NCBI GenBank assembly: GCA_958352815.1
Contig: CATWQA010000002.1
Coordinates: 21,832 to 85,831, forward strand
Length of the DNA stretch: 64,000 nucleotides
Direction: 5' to 3'
Origin: an uncultured Eubacteriales bacterium
GTDB lineage: Bacteria > Bacillota > Clostridia > Monoglobales > Monoglobaceae
Positions within the stretch are counted from its first letter, which is position 1. Each line of letters starts with the position of its first letter. The position numbers were made by a program, and so were the translations under genes. Shown piece after piece: positions 57,216 to 64,000 of this stretch. Under the pieces are notes generated by a model, which saw only the letters and a list, made by a program, of their open reading frames with translations, searched no databases and was not told the origin of the DNA.

Positions 57216-58610
57216 TTATTTACTGCTCAGGTATTCGTCAATAGACGCAGCGGCTGTCTTGCCGGCGCCCATGGCCAGAATAACCGTTGCAGCTCCCGTA
57301 ACAACATCTCCACCTGCGTACACGCCGGTCTTGCTTGTTGCTCCGGTCTCCTCCTTTGCCACAATGCAGCCCCACTTGTTGGTCTCAAGGTCGGGAGTTG
57401 TGTTCTTAATCAGCGGGTTGGGTGTCTGACCTATTGCCACAACAACCACGTCCGCATCAATATCAAACTCGCTGCCCTCAACGGGAACGGGTCTGCGTCT
57501 GCCGGAAGCGTCCGGCTCGCCCAGCTCCATCTTAACGCAGGTAACGCTCTTTACCCATCCGTTTTCGTCTCCGTTAATCTTAACGGGGTTATTAAGGAGC
57601 TTAAACTCTATTTCCTCTTCCTTTGCGTGATGGATTTCCTCGTTACGGGCGGGCATTTCTTCCTCGCTTCTTCTGTAAACTATGTACACGTTTTCCGCGC
57701 CCAGTCTCTTTGCCGAACGGGCAGCGTCCATAGCCACGTTTCCGCCGCCGACAACCACAACGTTCTTGCCAACGTAGATCGGCGTGTCGTACTCGGGGAA
57801 CTTATACGCCTTCATCAGGTTAATTCTGGTCAGGAACTCATTTGCGGAATAAACGCCGTTAAGGGACTCGCCATCAATCTTCATAAAGCTGGGCAGACCT
57901 GCACCGGTGCCGATAAACACCGCGTCATAGCCCTCCTCGTTCAGCAGCTCGTCAACCGAGAGCACCTTGCCTATAACCATGTTGGTCATAATATTAACAC
58001 CCAAATCCCGCAGCTTGTCAACCTCAGCGGCAACAATATCCTTGGGCAGTCTGAACTCGGGAATACCGTAAACCAGCACGCCGCCGGGAGTGTGGAATGC
58101 CTCAAACACCGTTACCTCATAGCCCAGCTTTGCCAGGTCTCCGGCACAGGTCAGTCCCGAAGGACCTGCGCCCACAACGGCAACCTTTTTGCCGTTGGGC
58201 TGCGGCTTCTCTGTCTTGGCGGAAACATTCTTCATATACCAGTCCGCAACAAAACGCTCCAGACGTCCGATAGCTACCGGTTCGCCCTTAATTCCCCGCA
58301 CGCAGAACTTCTCGCACTGGGTCTCCTGAGGACAAACTCTGCCACAAACAGCGGGGAGAGAGCTTGTCTCCTGGATTTTATTATATGCCTCCTCAAACTT
58401 TCCCTCTGCCACAAGAGCTATGAACTCGGGGATTTTTACCATAACAGGGCAGCCCCCTATACATGGCTTGTGCTTACAGTTGAGGCACCTCTGCGCCTCC
58501 TCCTTCGCCATTTCCTCTGTATAGCCCAGAGTAACCTCCTCAAAGTTTTTGTTTCTTACATTGGGCTCCTGTTCGGGCATAGCAACCTTATTCAGCGACA
58601 TATTAGGCAT
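57216..58610 (-). CDS. GltD/SudA/NfnB-type NADPH-dependent FAD / 2x[4Fe-4S] oxidoreductase subunit
   Basis: 464 aa with Cys clusters (CLNCKHKPC, CGRVCPQETQCE) and dinucleotide folds VAVVGAGPSG and VVVVGGGNVAMD. Confidence 0.9.
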   Translation of the reverse strand: MPNMSLNKVAMPEQEPNVRNKNFEEVTLGYTEEMAKEEAQRCLNCKHKPCIGGCPVMVKIPEFIALVAEGKFEEAYNKIQETSSLPAVCGRVCPQETQCEKFCVRGIKGEPVAIGRLERFVADWYMKNVSAKTEKPQPNGKKVAVVGAGPSGLTCAGDLAKLGYEVTVFEAFHTPGGVLVYGIPEFRLPKDIVAAEVDKLRDLGVNIMTNMVIGKVLSVDELLNEEGYDAVFIGTGAGLPSFMKIDGESLNGVYSANEFLTRINLMKAYKFPEYDTPIYVGKNVVVVGGGNVAMDAARSAKRLGAENVYIVYRRSEEEMPARNEEIHHAKEEEIEFKLLNNPVKINGDENGWVKSVTCVKMELGEPDASGRRRPVPVEGSEFDIDADVVVVAIGQTPNPLIKNTTPDLETNKWGCIVAKEETGATSKTGVYAGGDVVTGAATVILAMGAGKTAAASIDEYLSSK

Positions 58611-59451
58611 TGTTCATTCCCTCCAATCTGCACTTATGAGCATGTTCTCTTGACATTGCCTCCTGCTCCTTAAACATTCTTGAGCGGGCAATAGCGCTGT
58701 CAAAATCAACCTGGTGACCGTCAAAGTCCGGTCCGTCAACGCAGGCGAACTTTGTCTCGCCGCCTACGGTTACGCGGCAGCCGCCGCACATACCCGTACC
58801 GTCAATCATTATGGGGTTCATACTTACTATTGTCTTTATTCCGTAGTCACGGGTCAGGTCGCAAACCGCCTTCATCATAACCAGAGGGCCGATTGCAACA
58901 ACCAAATCATAGCTGCTGCCCCCGTCTATGAGCTCTTTCAGCTTGGCTGTAACAAAGCCCTGATTGCCGTTTGAGCCGTCGTCTGTCATTGTATACAAAT
59001 TGGTGCAAGCAGCCTTGCACAAGTCCTCAATAATAATCAAGTCCTTATTTCTGAAGCCGTTAATCATATCCACCTCAACGCCCATTGAGTGAAGCTTCTT
59101 TGCTTGGGGATAGGCTATGGCAGTTCCCAAACCGCCGCCGATAACCGCAACCTTTTTAACCCCCTCGAACTTAGACGCAACTCCCAAAGGACCTACAAAA
59201 TCCTGCAGGCAATCGCCCTCGTTCAGCAAGTTAAGGCTCTCTGTGCTCTTGCCCACAACCTGGAATATAACCGTAACGGTTCCCTTATCCCTGTCATAAT
59301 CCGCAATAGTGAAAGGGATACGCTCCCCCTTATCGTCCACCCTCAAGATGATGAACTGCCCCGGCTCCGCCTTTTTGGCAATATAGGGAGCCTCAACCTC
59401 AATCAGGGTTACCGATGGGTTCAGCACTTCCTTTTTAACAATTTTGTACAT
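58603..59451 (-). CDS. SudB/NfnA-type FAD/NAD-binding [2Fe-2S] oxidoreductase subunit
   Basis: YKIVKKEVL...PGQFIILR...GGGLGTA...CGGCRV. I prefer ATG 59451 or 59454, just after GGAGG. The track start 59496 sits only about 9 nt past the predicted -10. Confidence 0.85.
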   Translation of the reverse strand: MYKIVKKEVLNPSVTLIEVEAPYIAKKAEPGQFIILRVDDKGERIPFTIADYDRDKGTVTVIFQVVGKSTESLNLLNEGDCLQDFVGPLGVASKFEGVKKVAVIGGGLGTAIAYPQAKKLHSMGVEVDMINGFRNKDLIIIEDLCKAACTNLYTMTDDGSNGNQGFVTAKLKELIDGGSSYDLVVAIGPLVMMKAVCDLTRDYGIKTIVSMNPIMIDGTGMCGGCRVTVGGETKFACVDGPDFDGHQVDFDSAIARSRMFKEQEAMSREHAHKCRLEGMNNA

Positions 59452-59504
59452 CATTACACCTCCAAAAATATGTGCACATCCGCCAATTACGGACATTAAG
59501 TCTT

Positions 59505-59534
59505 ATTATACCATAACTTTCTCCGATTTCGCAA
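59505..59534 (-). promoter_or_regulatory. Sigma-A type promoter for the nfnAB-like / gdhA cluster
   Basis: On the minus strand: TTGCGA (59529-59534), 18 nt, TATAAT (59505-59510). Confidence 0.5.
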
Positions 59535-59858
59535 CCAAAATCCGAAAATTTTGCCGCAAAACATTATTCCAATAAAAAATGGGTGCACTAAAAAAGCCAC
59601 CCCATTGTGAATTGAAATCTTAAATTTTAAAATATACAGCAGCGGACAGCTCCATTGCCGAATTTCCGTCACCGACAAGCCTTTGTTTTGCGCCTGTATA
59701 TAACATTATATAATAATGGAATTTTTTTGTCAACTATTATTTTAAATTTATAAAAATTTTTGCATATAAGGAACTAAAATTCAAACAGCGAATTTAATTT
59801 TTTAATCGGAATAACAACAAATTAAGATAGGAATAATATTTTTAGACCAAAGCAAAGG

Positions 59859-60197
59859 ATGATTGAATTGATAAAAATTTTTGACAGCCTGATTATGGAT
59901 TACCAGCAGAACAACCTTCCTCGGGAAATCCCCGACGACGGCTTTTATCTGATTACCTGCGGGCTTTCCCAAAAGTCCAGCATAACCGCCTCCAGCATCG
60001 GTGACGACGGGTTTGTTTACTGCATCCAGAGAAGCTTTAAAACCCGCTCAGGCAAAATCTTAGAGCCCCAGGAGTTCAAGGTATGCTGGCTTAAAAAGCC
60101 CGAAAACCTATACCCCTACCTGGAAACGGTTACTCTGCTCCTTATACTGGACGTGCCGCCTGTCCAAATAAGCGACAATATTTTGTTTTTGAGCTAA
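59859..60197 (+). CDS. Hypothetical protein
   Basis: 112 aa ORF with a weak RBS and no motif I recognise. Confidence 0.4.
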   Translation: MIELIKIFDSLIMDYQQNNLPREIPDDGFYLITCGLSQKSSITASSIGDDGFVYCIQRSFKTRSGKILEPQEFKVCWLKKPENLYPYLETVTLLLILDVPPVQISDNILFLS

Positions 60198-60272
60198 CAT
60201 TAACCTTAACCATTGACCTTGCAAAAAAAGTGTGTTAGAATATTGACAAATTAATACAAGGGAGGTTAATTT

Positions 60273-60779
60273 ATGAAAACTTTGTCTATCGGTATGGGAA
60301 TTGTTTACACAATCCTGGGAATTATCTGCCTTATGTCCCCGGCGCAGACTATTAGCGTGATTACATATATAATTGCCTTTATGATACTTGCCGCGGGAAT
60401 TTTCCTTATTGTTTCATACTTTGTCAACAGGAGCTCCTTTTTCGGTATTGGCAGCGGGTGGACATTATTCTACGGAATTGTGACAACCCTTTTGGGCATT
60501 CTGCTCCTGTTTAACCCCGGCTTCGGCAACATTATGTTCTCTCTGTGCTTTGGGGCGTGGGTCGTTTTTACGGGAGGTATTAAAATTTCCAACGCCGTGT
60601 CCTTGAAGAGATTGGGAGAGCCCTGGGCTCTTGTTATGATTTTGGGAATTATTTCGATTTTGCTGGGAATTTTTCTAATCTCAAGACCTATTATCACTTC
60701 TATATCAATCGGAATTTTCATTGGGATTTCCTTACTTATTGAGGGCATAAGCTATATAGTTATCGGGTGTAAGCTTTAA
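60273..60779 (+). CDS. HdeD/DUF308-family membrane protein
   Basis: 168 aa with six short TM repeats (GIVYTILGIICLMSP..., LLGILLLFNPG..., ILLGIFLISRP...). GGGAGG lies upstream. Confidence 0.75.
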   Translation: MKTLSIGMGIVYTILGIICLMSPAQTISVITYIIAFMILAAGIFLIVSYFVNRSSFFGIGSGWTLFYGIVTTLLGILLLFNPGFGNIMFSLCFGAWVVFTGGIKISNAVSLKRLGEPWALVMILGIISILLGIFLISRPIITSISIGIFIGISLLIEGISYIVIGCKL

Positions 60780-60785
60780 ATTTTT

Positions 60786-61008
60786 CGCCTAGCCCTGTTA
60801 TAATTTTGCGAATGGATTTTAGTTATATGTAACTGTTCAGATTGTAGGGGGCGGCTTCCCAGACGCCCCGCTTGTCATATTACACAGTAAATATCATATT
60901 ATGCGGATTTGAGATTTTCTTTAATTCAAAATACCTGTTAATTTATATAATCACATCGGTACATCTCGGGGCGTCTGGGAAGCCGCCCCCTACAACGTAA
61001 ACGGTTAC
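60786..61008 (+). mobile_element. Module D copy 3: intact MITE-like element
   Basis: The arms at 60829-60873 and 60965-61008 are inverted repeats, with 29 consecutive identical nt (ttgtagggggcggcttcccagacgccccg). An AT-rich ~90-bp core lies between them. Confidence 0.8.
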
Positions 61009-61050
61009 TGTATTGCTAAATATATATTAACAAAATATGGTAAAAACACA

Positions 61051-61081
61051 AAAATATCGGAGCAAAGCGAACTTTGCTCCG
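61051..61081 (-). terminator. Terminator after trpB2 (repeat module H, copy 3)
   Basis: The same CGGAGCAAAG-ttcg-CTTTGCTCCG hairpin on the minus strand, followed by ATATTTTT. Confidence 0.65.
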
Positions 61082-61096
61082 ACTCTTTTTAACATA

Positions 61097-62464
61097 TTAG
61101 CCTATTTGCGGAAGGGTTGCAAAGCCCTTTTCCAAATCCTCATCTGAGGGAATATAGTCTGTCATTGTTCCGTTCTGGAATGCCTGATATGCAGACATAT
61201 CAAAGTAACCCGTACCTGTGAGACCGAACAGGATCGTCTTTTTCTCTCCTGTTTCGCGGCACTTGAGAGCCTCGTCAACAGCAACGCGAATTGCATGTGA
61301 GGACTCGGGAGCCGGGAGAGTTCCCTCGGTTCTGGCAAAGGTTATTGCCGACTCAAACACCTTTGTCTGCTCAACTGAACGGGCTGTGAGGTAACCGTCA
61401 TGATAGAGCTTTGACACGATAGAGGACATTCCGTGATACCGCAGACCGCCTGCGTGGTTAGGCGAGGGCATAAAGCCGCTGCCCAGCGTGTACATCTTCA
61501 TAAGAGGCGTTGTCTTTCCCGTATCGCCAAAGTCATATGCGTACTTACCCCTTGTCAAAGACGGGCAGGAAGCGGGCTCAACCGCAATAAACTCAATATT
61601 GTTCTTGCCCTCAATCTTATCTGCCATAAAGGGAGAAATCAGTCCGCCCAAGTTCGAACCGCCGCCTGCGCAGCCGATAATAATATCAGGCTCAATATCG
61701 TACTTTTTACATGCCGCCATTGTCTCCTGACCTATAATAGTCTGGTGAAGCAGCACATGGTTCAGCACGCTGCCCAGCACGTAACGGCAGTTATCCGTCT
61801 TTAGAGCAACCTCCATTGCCTCTGATATAGCGCAGCCCAGAGAACCGCCTGTTCCGGGGTTCTCGGCAAGGATCTTTCTGCCTACCTCGGTTGTGTCCGA
61901 GGGAGAGGGGATAACCTGACCGCCATAGGTCTCGATAAGCGCCTTGCGGTAGGGCTTCTGCTCAGCCGAAACCTTTACCATATACACCTTTAAATCCAAG
62001 CCGTAAAACGCGCAAGCCATTGCCAGAGCCGTGCCCCACTGCCCTGCACCTGTCTCAGTGGTAAGGTGGGTCAAGCCCTGCTGCTTTGCGTAGTACACCT
62101 GTGCGGCAGCCGAATTCAGCTTATGGGAGCCCGAGGTATTGTTTCCCTCAAACTTATAATAAATCTCCGCAGGAGTGTCCAAAGCCTTTTCCAGATTATA
62201 CGCCCTGATAAGCGGCGACGGACGATACATCTTATAAAAATCAAGTATGCCCTGAGGAATGTCGATAAACTTATCGGTTACGTTCAGTTCCTGATCAATC
62301 AGCTCGTCACAGAACACGGGGCGCAGATCGTCCGCAGTGCAGGGCTTGCCTGTTGCCGGATTAATAAAGGGCTCCGGCTTCTCCTTCATGTACGCCCTTA
62401 CGTTGTGCCACTGCTTGGGCATTTCCTCTTCTTCCAAATAAATTTTGTAAGGAATTTTTGCCAT
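61097..62464 (-). CDS. TrpB-like PLP-dependent enzyme (tryptophan synthase beta, type 2)
   Basis: 455 aa with an N-terminal extension and a TrpB fold (NNTSGSHKLN lysine motif, GGGSNLGG). No other trp genes are nearby. Confidence 0.85.
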   Translation of the reverse strand: MAKIPYKIYLEEEEMPKQWHNVRAYMKEKPEPFINPATGKPCTADDLRPVFCDELIDQELNVTDKFIDIPQGILDFYKMYRPSPLIRAYNLEKALDTPAEIYYKFEGNNTSGSHKLNSAAAQVYYAKQQGLTHLTTETGAGQWGTALAMACAFYGLDLKVYMVKVSAEQKPYRKALIETYGGQVIPSPSDTTEVGRKILAENPGTGGSLGCAISEAMEVALKTDNCRYVLGSVLNHVLLHQTIIGQETMAACKKYDIEPDIIIGCAGGGSNLGGLISPFMADKIEGKNNIEFIAVEPASCPSLTRGKYAYDFGDTGKTTPLMKMYTLGSGFMPSPNHAGGLRYHGMSSIVSKLYHDGYLTARSVEQTKVFESAITFARTEGTLPAPESSHAIRVAVDEALKCRETGEKKTILFGLTGTGYFDMSAYQAFQNGTMTDYIPSDEDLEKGFATLPQIG

Positions 62465-62613
62465 TGTTCATGCCTTCTTTCTAATATATTTATATTTATG
62501 ATTTAGACAACAAAACTCCGCCCCATAAATCGGAACAGAGTTCAATAAACCTATATTGCGCTTCTCAAACTCGTCTAAACTCTGCTTGGCTCATGTCGTC
62601 TCATCTATGGTAT

Positions 62614-62642
62614 ATTATATATGACAAAGCCGCCTTTGTCAA
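62614..62642 (-). promoter_or_regulatory. Sigma-A type promoter for trpB2
   Basis: On the minus strand: TTGACA (62637-62642), 17 nt, TATAAT (62614-62619). Confidence 0.55.
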
Positions 62643-62652
62643 GAGGGCTCTC

Positions 62653-62684
62653 AAAAAAAGGAGCTGTCTTAGTGTGACAGCTCC
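62653..62684 (-). terminator. Rho-independent terminator after citrate synthase
   Basis: Minus strand GGAGCTGTC-acactaa-GACAGCTCC followed by TTTTTTT. Confidence 0.8.
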
Positions 62685-62702
62685 TAAACATATGTATGAT
62701 TT

Positions 62703-62798
62703 ATTTTGATAAAGGCTTTGCCTTTTAAACCATTGCCGAGCCCATATTCCGCCATACCAAGCCGCGGCGGCAATGTCGCCAAAGCCTTTATCAAAATT
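62703..62798 (+). repeat. Module F copy 3: intact long palindrome (empty site)
   Basis: attttgataaaggctttgccttttaaaccattgccgagcccatattccgccataccaagccgcggcggcaatgtcgccaaagcctttatcaaaatt. Confidence 0.85.
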
Positions 62799-62855
62799 AT
62801 AAAATTGCGAAATTTCATATGCAGTGGTTTGGGGCATAAGAATAGTCTATGGAGT

Positions 62856-64000
62856 TTAAGGCTCAACAACCTTATCGTCAACATTAATCTGGTCTTTGAT
62901 CGTTTCGCTCTCAATATCCTTCATAGTGGGAGTTTTACGCTGATCTATGGGGGTGTACTTAAGACGCTTGATTGCGCTCTTGTACGCAGGGCGGATAATC
63001 TTGCCGCCGGTGGTAATTTCCTCAATCCTGTGAGAGCACCAGCCCACAATTCTCGCCATGGCAAAAATCGGCGTGAACAGCTCCTGAGGTATGCCGAGCA
63101 TTCTATACACAAATCCCGAATAGAAATCCACGTTTGCGCACATTGGCTTATCAACGCCCTTCACGTCCTTAAACGCCAGAGGCGCAAGCTCTTCAATTGC
63201 CGCATACAGAGCAAATTCATCGTTATTGCCCGTTGCCTCCGCCAGCTCGGCTGCTCTCTCTTTTAAGATAACTGCTCTGGGATCGGAAACGGTATAAACC
63301 GCGTGACCCAATCCGTAAATCAGACCCGTACCGTCGCCTGCTTCCTTTCTCATTATCTTTTTAAGGTACTCATATATCTGTTCCTTATCCGTCCAGTCCT
63401 CAAGGTTTGCCTTGATCTCGGCTATCTGAGACGCCATCTTATCGTTTGCGCCGCCGTGCTTGGGACCCTTTAGGGAGCCTACCGCAGCGGCAATTGCCGA
63501 ATATGTATCGGTTTCGGTTGATGAAACAACGTGAACTGTGAAGGCTGAGTTATTACCGCCGCCGTGCTCCGCCTGAAGCATGAGAGTTAAGTCAAGAATT
63601 TCCGCCTCAAGAGGGGTAAACTTATTATCGGGCCTTATGAGATGCAGGAAGTTCTCCGCAGTGGAATAGTCGCTGCGCGGATTGTGCAAAATCAAGCTTT
63701 GATTATCAAAGTAATGCCGCTTGCAGGCATATGAGTTAGCTATAAGCACCGGGAATCTGGCAATGAGAGAAAGGCTCTGCCTGATAAGGTTGGGAATTGA
63801 AATATCGTCCGGATTATCATCGTAGGAATACAGAGCAAGGACGCTTCTTGCAAGCTTGTTCATTATATTCTTACTGGGCGCCTTTAAAATCATGTCCTCG
63901 GTAAACTCCATAGGCAGCACTCTGTAGTTAGCAATAGTGCTCTTAAACTGCTCCAAAAGATTTCGGCTGGGCAAGAACCCGAACAGCAGCAAAAATGCCA
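62856..64000 (-). CDS. Citrate synthase (citrate/2-methylcitrate synthase family); the N-terminus lies beyond the window end
   Basis: GLGHAVYTVSDPRA and HGGAN motifs. The reading frame stays open to position 64000. Confidence 0.88.
   Translation of the reverse strand, partial: AFLLLFGFLPSRNLLEQFKSTIANYRVLPMEFTEDMILKAPSKNIMNKLARSVLALYSYDDNPDDISIPNLIRQSLSLIARFPVLIANSYACKRHYFDNQSLILHNPRSDYSTAENFLHLIRPDNKFTPLEAEILDLTLMLQAEHGGGNNSAFTVHVVSSTETDTYSAIAAAVGSLKGPKHGGANDKMASQIAEIKANLEDWTDKEQIYEYLKKIMRKEAGDGTGLIYGLGHAVYTVSDPRAVILKERAAELAEATGNNDEFALYAAIEELAPLAFKDVKGVDKPMCANVDFYSGFVYRMLGIPQELFTPIFAMARIVGWCSHRIEEITTGGKIIRPAYKSAIKRLKYTPIDQRKTPTMKDIESETIKDQINVDDKVVEP

Overview
The window looks like a core chromosomal segment of a spore-forming Firmicute, probably class Clostridia (gpr, yqfC and yqfD are present). 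GC is moderate by eye. I support about 55 protein genes, almost all housekeeping. The conserved blocks are:
- lepA, then a flavodoxin/ferredoxin gene, then gpr
- a MarR plus two-gene ABC exporter operon
- ileS
- an SLH surface protein
- a ywqCDE-like Wzz / BY-kinase / phosphatase module with VanZ
- rpsO-pnp and ligA
- a two-component system
- cysE-cysS-mrnC
- a split transketolase
- yqfC-yqfD-phoH-ybeY-dgkA-era-recO
- mgsA, and maf-mreBCD-PBP2
- U32 peptidase, zapA and nudF
- a PAS / degenerate-GGDEF / EAL protein
- a THF riboswitch with folT-folC
- nfnAB-like genes with gdhA
- an orphan trpB2 and a citrate synthase

I see no rRNA, tRNA, CRISPR array, prophage, transposase or recognisable defence genes.

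The unusual content is non-coding. Twelve intergenic spacers are assembled from a shared kit of at least eight GC-rich hairpin repeat modules, named A to H here, in shuffled order and orientation. One 93-bp module (E) occurs four times, each time nested inside a hairpin of a different module. Intact empty-site copies of three of those hosts are visible in the same window. Other points of interest:
- a 4 x TGTAGAR heptad block directly after two stop codons
- compensatory stem substitutions between repeat copies
- one identical 24-nt hairpin reused as the terminator of three unrelated genes

All protein calls rest on motif recognition by eye. Repeat coordinates are good to a few nt. Nothing was checked against databases.
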